This document shows, piece by piece, positions 19,632 through 29,556 of a stretch of 64,000 nucleotides of DNA; position 1 is the first letter of the stretch; every line of letters starts with the position of its first letter. This DNA comes from an uncultured candidatus Porisulfidus sp. (GTDB lineage Bacteria; Pseudomonadota; Gammaproteobacteria; Poriferisulfidales; Poriferisulfidaceae). Both the position numbers and the translations under genes were made by a program. A model generated the notes under the pieces. It saw only the letters and a program-made list of their open reading frames with translations. It was not told the origin of the DNA and searched no databases. The stretch lies in contig OZ220480.1 in NCBI GenBank assembly GCA_965116025.1, positions 1,760,001 through 1,824,000 on the forward strand, written 5' to 3'.

Positions 19632-20569
19632 AGATACTGAACGAAGCCAAGGAATGGTACGAAGAGCCAATCGCGCATATTCCTTCCGAGGGATTAGCGA
19701 AACGGTATGGCATCGCCGAATGGTATGGGGAGCCATTCATCCAGATGTCTCTGGAACGTCGCCAAACCTTGGCGAACATCGCCCTTGGAAAGGATGCTCC
19801 CGCTCCAGCCTGTCCATTTCAACCCGGTGGCAATATTCCATGCAGAAAGAAGGGAGGCGTTTGCTCAATCCGGGCCTATCGAAAACATTCAGGCAAAAAC
19901 AGCGACCGATTGGGCCTGCCAGTAGAAGCTCCCGTCATCACCTGCCCCAAGAGATTTGAGCAGAACCATCTTGTGCCAAGGTGGCTTGCGGAAATCGTCG
20001 GTTTCGATGAGAGTAGATCTTTTCTCGCTCGCGAAGTGCCGTTCATGCGCTCACCAAATACGGGCAGACCGGCGGGGCGCATCGATCTGGTTTTGGCGAA
20101 TGGCGATATCGAAGATCCACGCTGGTTTGGTTTGGAGATCCAAGCCGTGTATTTTTCTGGAAAGGGAATGGAGACCGAATTCGGACGCTTGGCTCAAGAC
20201 AAGGGTCACCGGCCTCCGGCTCCAATCGAGATTCGTCGACCCGACTGGCGTTCTTCTAGCGCGAAGCGACTGATGCCTCAACTGCAAGTGAAAGCTCCCA
20301 CGCTCCGCCGTTGGGGAACCAAATTGGCGGTCACCGTGGATATGCCCTTTTTTGAGGCGATTGGCGGCCCAACTAAGAAACCATCCCACGATTTGGACGA
20401 GGGCGATATCATTTGGATGATACCGGAGGTTTCCAATGATTACCAGCTCGAAGCGATGCACTGGGAAGTGTTATCTCTGGAAAAGTCTTGCCAGAAACTG
20501 TTGGCCGCGCAAGCGGTGAAGCGAAAGGATTTCGAGAGAATCCTTCTATCGAAGCTTCGTGCCATATGA
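19628..20569 (+). CDS. NotI-family restriction endonuclease
   Basis: Four Cys (CPF, CRKKGGVC, TCP), GRIDLVL, LEIQAVYFSG, PDWRSSSAKRLMPQL; ATGA overlap with the methylase. Confidence 0.85.
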   Translation: MKILNEAKEWYEEPIAHIPSEGLAKRYGIAEWYGEPFIQMSLERRQTLANIALGKDAPAPACPFQPGGNIPCRKKGGVCSIRAYRKHSGKNSDRLGLPVEAPVITCPKRFEQNHLVPRWLAEIVGFDESRSFLAREVPFMRSPNTGRPAGRIDLVLANGDIEDPRWFGLEIQAVYFSGKGMETEFGRLAQDKGHRPPAPIEIRRPDWRSSSAKRLMPQLQVKAPTLRRWGTKLAVTVDMPFFEAIGGPTKKPSHDLDEGDIIWMIPEVSNDYQLEAMHWEVLSLEKSCQKLLAAQAVKRKDFERILLSKLRAI

Positions 20570-20699
20570 CGGCCCATATCGAGATTTCAATGAGATTCAA
20601 GGTCGCAACAATGAATTTGGCCAGCCAATTTCATGCCTGTGTTAGGATATTGACCCTAAAACTTATGGGGTATTCTCGACCTTCGCAGGAGGAAAATTA

Positions 20700-21377
20700 A
20701 TGCACCCGCAAATAATTTCTCAAGCCATTCTGGCCAGCGCGCTGGCGCTATCGCCGCCCGTTCTCGCGGACGGGCATGAAAGCGAGGCCGCGATGGCATC
20801 AGTGGAGATGCTGACCGGCGCGTGCGTGGCATGCCACGGTCCGGCTGGCGCGAGCGTGGGCCCGGCGACGCCTTCCCTAGCAGGACTTCCGGCCGTGTAC
20901 TTCATAGGCGCCATGCTGTCCTACAAGCATGGAGAGGATCTGGATGCCGCTGAGGCGGAGGTCGCGTCCGACCCGGAGTTGGAAGACGTGGAGATCTTCG
21001 CCCGCTCCGGCACTATCATGGGGCGGATCGCCTCCGGCTACAGCTTGGCCGAGATCAAGGCCATGGCGGACTACTTCGCCGACAAACCGGTAGCATTGGC
21101 GAACCAAGAATACGATGAGAAATTGGCGGCGCATGGAGAGGCGCTACATGCGGACAATTGCGAGAAATGCCATGAGGACGGCGGCCGTTCCACCGTGGAC
21201 GACATGGTCCCGCTCGCGGGGCAATGGGAGCCATATTTGCGCTACAGCCTCGTCGACTTTCACGGCGGCGCTCGGGGAATGCCGAAGAAAATGAAGTCCC
21301 GGCTTGAGGAGATCATGGAGACCGAAGGCGAGAAAGGTCGCGCGGCTCTCCTCCACTACTATGCAAGCCAACAGTAA
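20700..21377 (+). CDS. fccA: Flavocytochrome c sulfide dehydrogenase, diheme cytochrome subunit
   Basis: Signal peptide; CVACHG, PSLAG, TIMGRIA, CEKCH; AGGAGG RBS; directly upstream of fccB. Confidence 0.88.
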   Translation: MHPQIISQAILASALALSPPVLADGHESEAAMASVEMLTGACVACHGPAGASVGPATPSLAGLPAVYFIGAMLSYKHGEDLDAAEAEVASDPELEDVEIFARSGTIMGRIASGYSLAEIKAMADYFADKPVALANQEYDEKLAAHGEALHADNCEKCHEDGGRSTVDDMVPLAGQWEPYLRYSLVDFHGGARGMPKKMKSRLEEIMETEGEKGRAALLHYYASQQ

Positions 21378-21395
21378 TCGAGGAGGAACACGATC

Positions 21396-22682
21396 ATGGC
21401 AAATTTGACGAGACGCGGCTTCCTGAAGGCGACTGGCGGCATCGCGGCCACGGGCGCCTTTGGAGTGGGCTTTCCCCATATCGCTCTTGGAGCGACCAAG
21501 AGCGTGGTGGTCATTGGTGGCGGCGCAGCGGGCGCGGTCGCGGCGAAACGCGTCAAAATCGCGGACCCGAGCATTGACGTCACGCTCATTGAGGAAAACG
21601 AGCACTATTACACCTGCTTCATGAGCAACGAGGTCATCGGCGGAGGGCGCGACATCTCGACGATCCGCCATGGCTATGACGGCTTGGCTAATCACGGGGT
21701 GCGGGTCGCGCGCGCTAGAGCCACGGAGGTGGATACCGAAGCCCGCGTCGTGACTACCGACGGAGGGGACAGCTTCTCGTATGACCGGCTCATCGTCAGT
21801 CCTGGCATCGACCTCGATCTGAACGCGATTGAGGGCTACGATATGGTAGCGACAGAAGCTATGCCGCACGCTTGGAAGGCGGGCCCGCAAACGGCATTGC
21901 TGCGAAATCAGCTCGAAGCCATGGAAGATGGCGGCACGTTCATCATCTGTCCCCCTGGAAACCCGTTCCGTTGTCCACCCGGACCTTACGAGCGAATTTG
22001 CCAAGTCGCCCACTACTTCAAGGAGCGCAAACCGAAATCGAAAATCCTGGCTCTTGACGCCAAGGACAAGTTCTCGAAAATGGGACTGTTCACGCAAGGG
22101 TGGAAGCGCCGCTACGATGGCATGATCGAATGGGTCTCCGGAACGGAAACCGCGGGCGGAATCGCCTCGGTCAATACTGGCGACATGACGGTAACCACCG
22201 AGTTTGGCGACACCCACAAAGGCGCCGTGATCAACGTCATCCCTCCGCAGAGCGCCGGGAAAATCGCGCGAGCGGCCGGCCTAACCGACGATTCCGGATG
22301 GTGCCCAGTCCATCTCGACACTTTCGAGTCGAAGCTGGTGCCGGGCGTGCATGTCATCGGCGACGCCAGCATCGCGACCGGCCTTCCGAAGTCAGGGTAC
22401 GCCGCAAACTCCGAGGCGAAGGTCTGCGCGGCGGCGGTCGTCGCCATGCTGGCCGACGCGGAGCCAGGCACCCCATCGTACGTCAATACCTGCTACAGCC
22501 TGATCGCTCCGGACTACGGCATCTCGGTCGCCGCGGTGTATCGCTTGGCGGAAGACAAAAGCAAAATCGCCAAGGTCGCGGGCGGCCTGACCCCCTCGGA
22601 CGCGTCGGACGAGATGCTGGCCCGCGAAGTTGAATACGCCTACAGCTGGTACAACAACATCGTGGCGGATATGTTCGCCTGA
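21396..22682 (+). CDS. fccB: Flavocytochrome c sulfide dehydrogenase, flavoprotein subunit
   Basis: Tat motif [46 protein letters not shown]. Confidence 0.93.
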   Translation: MANLTRRGFLKATGGIAATGAFGVGFPHIALGATKSVVVIGGGAAGAVAAKRVKIADPSIDVTLIEENEHYYTCFMSNEVIGGGRDISTIRHGYDGLANHGVRVARARATEVDTEARVVTTDGGDSFSYDRLIVSPGIDLDLNAIEGYDMVATEAMPHAWKAGPQTALLRNQLEAMEDGGTFIICPPGNPFRCPPGPYERICQVAHYFKERKPKSKILALDAKDKFSKMGLFTQGWKRRYDGMIEWVSGTETAGGIASVNTGDMTVTTEFGDTHKGAVINVIPPQSAGKIARAAGLTDDSGWCPVHLDTFESKLVPGVHVIGDASIATGLPKSGYAANSEAKVCAAAVVAMLADAEPGTPSYVNTCYSLIAPDYGISVAAVYRLAEDKSKIAKVAGGLTPSDASDEMLAREVEYAYSWYNNIVADMFA

Positions 22683-22719
22683 ACTTGCCAAAGGCGGAAC
22701 TCGCCGAACCCGAAAATCG

Positions 22720-22746
22720 CGGGGGCCGCTGAGGCCCCCGTTTTTT
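22720..22746 (+). terminator. Rho-independent terminator after fccB
   Basis: CGGGGGCC-gctga-GGCCCCCG stem-loop followed by T6. Confidence 0.85.
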
Positions 22747-25700
22747 GTCCCTACGTCTCCTTGTGCTTGAGCTCCCTCCGATTCCATCCGCCGGTGAGCG
22801 GCTGAGTTGCGGCCGGCTGTACGGCGCGGCCCGCGCTCTGGCCGTCACCGAACTCGCCCGTCAGTCTTCCGGGCTCGTTCTAGTCATCGCTCCCGACATC
22901 GCCACCCAAGTTGAACTTGAAGCCGAGTGCAAGTTTTTTCTCGGCGCGGACGCGGACCTCCCGTTGCTGTTTCCCGACTGGGAAACCCTGCCCTACGACC
23001 TGACATCGCCGCATGGCGAAATCATCTCGCAACGTCTTCAGACGCTTCATCGCCTTGAGCTCGGAAAAACGGAAGGGTTGCTGATCGCCGCCGCTCCCAC
23101 CATGCTCCAGCGGCTCTGTCCTCCCACTCATGTCCGCAGTCAATCGGTCGCGTTGTCCATTAATGAGGAAATCGAGATCGAGCGCCTCCGCGGGCAGCTA
23201 AATCTGGCTGGCTACCAGACGCGCTCCCAAGTCATGGCGCCGGGAGAATACACCGTGCGCGGCTCCCTTGTCGATCTGTTTCCAATGGGGGCGGAATATC
23301 CCTATCGAATTGATTTCTTCGACGACCGCATCGATTCCATTCGAACATTCGATCCAGACCGACAAACATCGATTGCACGGACCGAGCGTCTAGAGCTTCT
23401 CCCGGCGAGAGAGTTCCCCCTAAACCCGGAATCGATTGAGCGATTCCGGAAAAACTTTCGGAACGCCTTCGATATCGACCCTTCGCAAAGTCCCGTTTAT
23501 CGAGATATCAGCGACGCTATCGTCCCAGTTGGGATCGAGTATTACTTGCCGCTCTTTTTCGAGAGTTCCGCTAGTCTGTTCGACTACTTGCCACCAGACG
23601 CGACGGTCGCGTGCTGGGAGGATGTCGACGCCACCGTCGAACGGACTCTCGACGAGATAAAGACCCGTTTCGAAAGCTGCCGCCAGGATTCCGAACGTCC
23701 GCCTCTACCCGTCCGGGACTTGTACCTGGACGTGAGCGAGTTTAAGGAAGAGCTGCGACGCTATCCACGATTGGATCTGAATCGCTTCGAGCACGAGCGG
23801 CGACCGGGAAAACTCATTTTCAACTATTCCTCGCGCGCGCTCCCAGAACTCAAAGTTCGGCCACAAAACCAAGAGCCCGCCCGCGCCTTGCGCCAGTTTC
23901 TGGCCAATCATCGGAAGGTCTTGTTCTCCACCCATTCCCCGGGACGGAGAGAGCAATTGAAAGAGCGCCTGAGCGCTCTGGAAATCAAGGTCGAGCAAGT
24001 CGATGACTGGGAAGATTTTTCTCGGCGGAAACCCTCCCTCGCGCTAACGGTAGCGAGCATAGAGGGTGGCTTCGATCTTTCCGACGCTGGGGTCGCGGTC
24101 ATCCCCGAACGCCATCTGTTCCCGGACCGTCCTCCACAGCAAACCCGGCAAAGAAGCCAGAGAGATCCAAAGACGATTTTGTCCGAGCTCGCTAACTTGA
24201 AACATGGCAGTCCTGTCGTGCATGAGGATTATGGCGTTGGACGATACCAGGGGCTCCGGAAGCTAGAAATCGACGGTGTCGCGCAAGAGTTCCTGCTCAT
24301 CCAGTATGCCAGCACGGACCGGCTATACGTGCCGATCATGGAACTGCATCGAATCACTCGCTACAGTGGCGCGGACACGGAGAACGCTCCGCTCCACTCG
24401 CTGGCCGGGGATCAGTGGAGAAAAGTCAAGCAGAAAGCGGAGAAACGCGCCTACGACACTGCCGCGGAGTTGCTGGAGATCCAGGCTCGACGCAACGCGC
24501 AAAGCGGATGTGAAATCAAGATTCCCCATGATTATCCGAGTTTTGAGGCGAGCTTTCCGTTTGACGAGACTCTGGACCAAGCGCAAGCCATCCAGGAAGT
24601 TCTGGAGGGACTGGAAAGCGATGTTCCGATGGATCGGATCGTTTGCGGCGATGTCGGCTTCGGGAAGACCGAGGTCGGGATGCGCGCCGCGTTCGTCGCC
24701 GCGTTCAATGGGTTTCAAGTCGCCGTCCTTACGCCCACCACCCTGCTCGCGCAGCAGCATGGAAAAACGTTCCGCGACCGCTTCGCCGACTGGCCAGCTC
24801 GAATCGAGACGATATCCCGGTTTCGAACGGCCCAGGAGCAAACCGGGATCTTGCGCGACCTCGCCAAGGGAGAGATCGACATCATCGTCGGCACGCACCG
24901 GTTGCTACAGGACGACGTGCGGTTCCATAACCTAGGTCTGGTCATCGTCGACGAGGAGCAACGCTTCGGCGTAAGGCACAAAGAACGGCTGAAGGCATTG
25001 CGGACCCGCACCAACCTGCTGACCTTGACCGCCACCCCGATCCCGCGCACGCTTAACATGTCGCTATCCGGCTTACGCGACCTTTCGGTCATCGCTACCG
25101 CTCCGGCCTACCGCCATGCCATAAAAACCTATGTCGCCCCTTGGAACCGGCAGCAAATCCGGGACGCTTGCTTGCGCGAGTTGAAGCGTGGCGGACAGGT
25201 TTATGTGCTTCATAATCGAACCGCGTCAATCGAGGAAGCCGCGACCTCTATCCGGGAGATCATTCCCGAGGCCGAGGTTCGGGTCGCGCATGGAAAAATG
25301 CGAGAGCGGGATCTGGAAGCGGTGATGCGCGATTTCTATCGCCAGCGATTCAACGTTCTGGTCTGCACCACGATCATCGAGAGCGGGATCGATATCCCGA
25401 CCGCCAACACCATCATCATTGAGCGCGCGGACCGTTTCGGTCTGGCCCAGTTGCACCAACTGAGAGGCCGAGTGGGACGCTCCCATCACCTCGCCTATGC
25501 ATACTTGATCTGCCCTCCCCTGCAAACGCTGACGGCTGATGCGAGAAAGCGAATCGAGGCCATTGAGGCCATGGAGGAGCTTGGTTCCGGTTTTATGCTG
25601 GCGACCCAGGACCTCGAGATTCGGGGAGCTGGCGAATTGCTGGGAGAAGAGCAGAGCGGGCAGATCCAGCAGATTGGCTTCGCGCTGTACCACCGTCTCC

Positions 25701-26212
25701 TTCAGCGCGCCGTGACAACCTTGAAGAAAGGCGACCTTCCGGAATTCGACAAGCCGCTTGAGCACGGACCCGAGATCGACTTAGGTCTCCAGTCTCTAAT
25801 CCCGGACGACTACCTTCCCGATATCTATCTGCGACTTACGCTGTACAAGAGAATCGCGGGAGCCACGTCTGGAGCTGAACTCGATGAGTTGCAGGTCGAG
25901 ATGGTAGACCGTTTCGGCATCTTGCCGCCAGCCGTTATCAACCTGTTCGCGGTCACGCGCCTTAAACTGGAAATCGCGGCACTGGGATTTTTCCGTAAAA
26001 TACAGATGACGAGACACGGGGGGCGAATCGGCTTCACCGAGGCTGGACCCGAGCCGGATGCGATCCTCCAGATCATTAACGACCAGCCGGACCATTACCA
26101 CCTGGACAATAAGATGCGCCTGCACATTGAACTGGACCTGCCGACGCTTGAGGACCGGATCCGCGTCATCCAAGATTTGGCGCGTCGCGTCGGGACCCGG
26201 AAAGCCGCATGA
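22745..26212 (+). CDS. mfd: Transcription-repair coupling factor
   Basis: FPDWETLPYD, VVHEDYGVGRY, GDVGFGKTEV, DEEQRFGV, QLRGRVGRS, TRCF domain. Confidence 0.98.
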   Translation: MSLRLLVLELPPIPSAGERLSCGRLYGAARALAVTELARQSSGLVLVIAPDIATQVELEAECKFFLGADADLPLLFPDWETLPYDLTSPHGEIISQRLQTLHRLELGKTEGLLIAAAPTMLQRLCPPTHVRSQSVALSINEEIEIERLRGQLNLAGYQTRSQVMAPGEYTVRGSLVDLFPMGAEYPYRIDFFDDRIDSIRTFDPDRQTSIARTERLELLPAREFPLNPESIERFRKNFRNAFDIDPSQSPVYRDISDAIVPVGIEYYLPLFFESSASLFDYLPPDATVACWEDVDATVERTLDEIKTRFESCRQDSERPPLPVRDLYLDVSEFKEELRRYPRLDLNRFEHERRPGKLIFNYSSRALPELKVRPQNQEPARALRQFLANHRKVLFSTHSPGRREQLKERLSALEIKVEQVDDWEDFSRRKPSLALTVASIEGGFDLSDAGVAVIPERHLFPDRPPQQTRQRSQRDPKTILSELANLKHGSPVVHEDYGVGRYQGLRKLEIDGVAQEFLLIQYASTDRLYVPIMELHRITRYSGADTENAPLHSLAGDQWRKVKQKAEKRAYDTAAELLEIQARRNAQSGCEIKIPHDYPSFEASFPFDETLDQAQAIQEVLEGLESDVPMDRIVCGDVGFGKTEVGMRAAFVAAFNGFQVAVLTPTTLLAQQHGKTFRDRFADWPARIETISRFRTAQEQTGILRDLAKGEIDIIVGTHRLLQDDVRFHNLGLVIVDEEQRFGVRHKERLKALRTRTNLLTLTATPIPRTLNMSLSGLRDLSVIATAPAYRHAIKTYVAPWNRQQIRDACLRELKRGGQVYVLHNRTASIEEAATSIREIIPEAEVRVAHGKMRERDLEAVMRDFYRQRFNVLVCTTIIESGIDIPTANTIIIERADRFGLAQLHQLRGRVGRSHHLAYAYLICPPLQTLTADARKRIEAIEAMEELGSGFMLATQDLEIRGAGELLGEEQSGQIQQIGFALYHRLLQRAVTTLKKGDLPEFDKPLEHGPEIDLGLQSLIPDDYLPDIYLRLTLYKRIAGATSGAELDELQVEMVDRFGILPPAVINLFAVTRLKLEIAALGFFRKIQMTRHGGRIGFTEAGPEPDAILQIINDQPDHYHLDNKMRLHIELDLPTLEDRIRVIQDLARRVGTRKAA

Positions 26213-26922
26213 AAAAAATTCTTCTCGGGATCTTGGCTTGCTTTTTGCCTACCATCGGCATCACCGAGGAACTATACCGCGTGGAAATTTTGGTCTTCGC
26301 GCAACCGGAAGAAGCCACCGATTCCATTCGGCGCTTCGAGGAAGCTCCAGAACTAGATATCGCTCCAATAGTCGATTTTCGACAGCATTTCTGCCTTCCC
26401 GCGGGACCGAAACTGGACTTCTTGCGGCGTTTCGCCTCCGAAGAGGCAGTCGCGGATTGTTTAGGTGGATACTTGCGCCTGAACGAGCTTCGCCAGCCTA
26501 TGGTGACGGAGCGCATCCGCCTTGAAAAGTCCGGGCAATACCGGATTCTCCATCATGCCGCTTGGCAGCAACCCGTCACGTCCCCCGATGAGGCGCATCA
26601 GATTCGGCTAACCAACGGAAGAACCTTGGCGCAGGCATCATCGGACGCTCCGGTGGTGGACGGAAGCCTGCGACTCTCTCGGGAGCAATTCCTCCAGATC
26701 GACCTGAAGATTCTCTACTACTACCCAAACTCCGAGTCCAGGGAAAGCTCAGCGACAGACGGCTTGTTGTTCCAAGTCAGTCGCAAGCTCAGAAGCGGCG
26801 ACCTCAATTACCTAGATCACCCCGTGATTGGGATTCTGGCCCAAGTCACGGAAGTGAAAGAAAATCCAAATGTTTCGGGTGTTGGCGCAAGCCCCCGCAT
26901 AGCGGTCAATCCAACACGCTGA
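26209..26922 (+). CDS. CsiV family peptidoglycan-binding protein
   Basis: YRVEILVF, HAAWQQP, RKLRSGDLNYLDHPVIGIL; usual position after mfd. Confidence 0.8.
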   Translation: MKKILLGILACFLPTIGITEELYRVEILVFAQPEEATDSIRRFEEAPELDIAPIVDFRQHFCLPAGPKLDFLRRFASEEAVADCLGGYLRLNELRQPMVTERIRLEKSGQYRILHHAAWQQPVTSPDEAHQIRLTNGRTLAQASSDAPVVDGSLRLSREQFLQIDLKILYYYPNSESRESSATDGLLFQVSRKLRSGDLNYLDHPVIGILAQVTEVKENPNVSGVGASPRIAVNPTR

Positions 26923-26933
26923 TCGGCGCTTTT

Positions 26934-28007
26934 TCAGTCGGATTGCGACTGCACATGCAACGTTCGGGTCGGAAACGCGATCTCGGCCCCATGCCGCTCC
27001 ACTATTTCCGCCACGTCGAGCAAAATATTCTGCTTTATTTTCGTGTACTCCGCACGATGGACCGTGGTGGTGTAGCACTGGAAAAAGAAGTCTATCGAAG
27101 ATTCGTTGAACGCGTCAAAACGCGCCAGCACAGGCATCTTATGGTCTATATTAGGCGCTTTTTCCAGTAGAGCCTGCACCTCTTCGACGACGGTCCGCAT
27201 TTTCCTTAAATCATCGTAGCGCAACCCGATCACTTGCTTGATCATGCGGTGCGACATCCGTCCCGGGTTCTCGATCACGATGGTCAGGAACATGCCGTTC
27301 GGGATGTACAGGGCATTTTTCGAGTGCGTCCGAATCAGAGTCTGCCGCCACCCGATTCTCTCGACGGAACCTTCGATCTCGCGGTCTGGAGAGCGTATCC
27401 AGTCTCCAGTCTTGAACGGACGATCCATGTGCAGCATCAGGCCTCCAAAGAAATTCCCTAGCATGTCCTTGGCCGCGAGCCCTACCACCAATCCTCCCAC
27501 CCCGCTGAACGTCAGAAGACCGACGATGCTGACCCCAAAGGTCTGGAGCAAGCCCATGCCAACCAGCACGATGATGGCCGCCTGCAGGGTCCGGGCGACA
27601 GCTAGGTGCAGATCCTCATCCAAACTCTTTCCTTCGGCCCGGGCGCGCTGACGCGCCAGTTCGCTGTAGATGCGGACCAGCGAGAACAGGAACCACCCCA
27701 AGATCAGGAATACGCCCGATTTCCGCATCTTGACCAGCCACGATGGATCGATGAGTTCATCCAGCAACACACCACCGATCAAGCTCAGCGCCACGAGCCA
27801 GATGAGTGCCTGAATGGGTCGAGACACCGAAAGCAACACGGCGTCATCCACTATGTAATACGTGCGCTCCGCGGCTCGGCGCAGGACCTTCAGAAGCCAA
27901 CGTCCAGCAAAACTAACTACCAACGCCCCGACTAACAACAGCGACACGTTCGTCAATCGCTCCCGCTCCAACAGAGTCAGGACGTATTCAAACCACTGCT
28001 CAATCAT
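26934..28007 (-). CDS. MscS family mechanosensitive channel
   Basis: GLAAKDMLGNFFGG, DRPFKTGDWI, GSVERIGWR, IAFPTRT. Confidence 0.93.
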   Translation of the reverse strand: MIEQWFEYVLTLLERERLTNVSLLLVGALVVSFAGRWLLKVLRRAAERTYYIVDDAVLLSVSRPIQALIWLVALSLIGGVLLDELIDPSWLVKMRKSGVFLILGWFLFSLVRIYSELARQRARAEGKSLDEDLHLAVARTLQAAIIVLVGMGLLQTFGVSIVGLLTFSGVGGLVVGLAAKDMLGNFFGGLMLHMDRPFKTGDWIRSPDREIEGSVERIGWRQTLIRTHSKNALYIPNGMFLTIVIENPGRMSHRMIKQVIGLRYDDLRKMRTVVEEVQALLEKAPNIDHKMPVLARFDAFNESSIDFFFQCYTTTVHRAEYTKIKQNILLDVAEIVERHGAEIAFPTRTLHVQSQSD

Positions 28008-29077
28008 ATATTCAGTTCCATGTCGTCCGCGTCAGCGTATCGGGCCGCCACCTCCGCCGCTTCTTTCCACATCGGCAACTTACGCAATTCCTGAAAGGAC
28101 ATAGATTCCGGGGTGCCGCGCATCCGAAACAGGCGCAAGCTAGCCACCGGGTCGTGGTGCTCCTTCATGCGCTCCAGCGCTTCGATGACGGTTGGCCGAT
28201 TATTGCACAAAAGCGTTACGTCGCATCCCGCCCGGAGCGCCGAGCGCATCCGGAACTCGATATCCTCATGGAGGTGTGCCGCATGCATGTTCAGATCATC
28301 GCTGAAAACGACTCCAGAAAACCCCATCCGTTCACGCAAGATTTGCTGAAGCCACTTGCGCGAGAAAGTGACTGGGGCCTCGTCCACTTCCGGAAAAATT
28401 ATGTGAGCCGTCATCAAGCCTTCGCTATACGCCGTGCCCAAGTGTTCGAAAGGAATCCAGTCCTCTCCCAGAATTTCCTGGAAACCGCGCGAGTCGACCG
28501 GCATATCCTTATGAGAATCCTCATGGACATGACCATGCCCCGGAAAATGCTTGATGACTGACTTCATGCCAGCCTGATGCATGCCCGCGATGTATCGGGA
28601 CGCTAGTTCGGAGACAACATAGGGATCCCGATGGAAAGCGCGGTTGCCGATGATCTCACTAGCACCCCAGTTCAGGTCCACTACGGGAGCGAACGAGATG
28701 TCCACACCCACCGCTTTCAACTCCGCGGCCATCAGCCAGCCCATGCGAGAGCAAGCCAAATAGGAGCACTCTCGGTCTCGACGATACAGCTGGCCAAGAG
28801 CTTGGGCGGACGGCAAGCGCGTGAATCCTTCTCGAAAGCGCTGTACCACGCCCCCTTCCTGGTCAACGCAAACCGCCAAGTCAGGACTTCGAATCTGATG
28901 AGCCTGCCAGATTAATTCGCGCAATTGCTCGGGAGATTCGTAGTTCCGAGTGAACAGGATCAGGCCTCCGACAAAAGGATGGGCGAGAATCTCTCTGTCT
29001 TCAGCACTCAGTTCCTTTCCCTGCACGTCCACGATCAGCGAACCCAGAGGAAGTTCCGCGACGGAAGCGGTTGTCAT
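28004..29077 (-). CDS. nagZ: Beta-N-acetylhexosaminidase
   Basis: VDQEGG, SFAPVVD, KHFPGHG...DSH, SDDL. Confidence 0.96.
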   Translation of the reverse strand: MTTASVAELPLGSLIVDVQGKELSAEDREILAHPFVGGLILFTRNYESPEQLRELIWQAHQIRSPDLAVCVDQEGGVVQRFREGFTRLPSAQALGQLYRRDRECSYLACSRMGWLMAAELKAVGVDISFAPVVDLNWGASEIIGNRAFHRDPYVVSELASRYIAGMHQAGMKSVIKHFPGHGHVHEDSHKDMPVDSRGFQEILGEDWIPFEHLGTAYSEGLMTAHIIFPEVDEAPVTFSRKWLQQILRERMGFSGVVFSDDLNMHAAHLHEDIEFRMRSALRAGCDVTLLCNNRPTVIEALERMKEHHDPVASLRLFRMRGTPESMSFQELRKLPMWKEAAEVAARYADADDMELNI

Positions 29078-29089
29078 AGGGTGATTTCA

Positions 29090-29436
29090 ACCCCAGTTTC
29101 AACTTTCAAGTGCAACAGCATTGTAACCCGGTGGAGAGCGGCGAGAGCGGCAGGATGACGAAGAGGATCGGGGGAAGCCAGCGAGGGTCGCCCACGTTCC
29201 GTCAGGGGAAGACCAGCCTTGCCGCGGTAGATGCCGACCCTTCGCACCACCTCCGCTCAGCTCATGCCGAGGTCGCGGAGCGCCTCGATCTTGGTAACGC
29301 TGGGTCTCGGTGAGTTGCATGTAACCGCTCACAAGTGCATCTCTCGGGGGCGGTTGATGACAATGAGCGTTACCGCGACTCATCGCCTCCCCCGCCATTC
29401 TTCGCAAGTGTCACACTTGAAAGTTGAAACTGGGGT
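29090..29436 (-). mobile_element. IS30-family internally deleted miniature element (MITE-like)
   Basis: Perfect 23-bp terminal IR (29090-29112 / 29414-29436, ACCCCAGTTTCAACTTTCAAGTG). Inside are a transposase N-terminus (YMQLTETQRYQ / IEAL, frameshifted) and a C-terminus VALES* that ends within the IR. Confidence 0.85.
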
Positions 29437-29556
29437 GGGCATCACACCGCTTCCTCTTCCTTTTTTGCGTCTGTTCCGGTGTAGCATGAAACATCAAAGT
29501 ACACCGTCAAAGCTTCGGCCAATGTCGCGTTTATGGCGTTTTCTTGGATCGGTATA

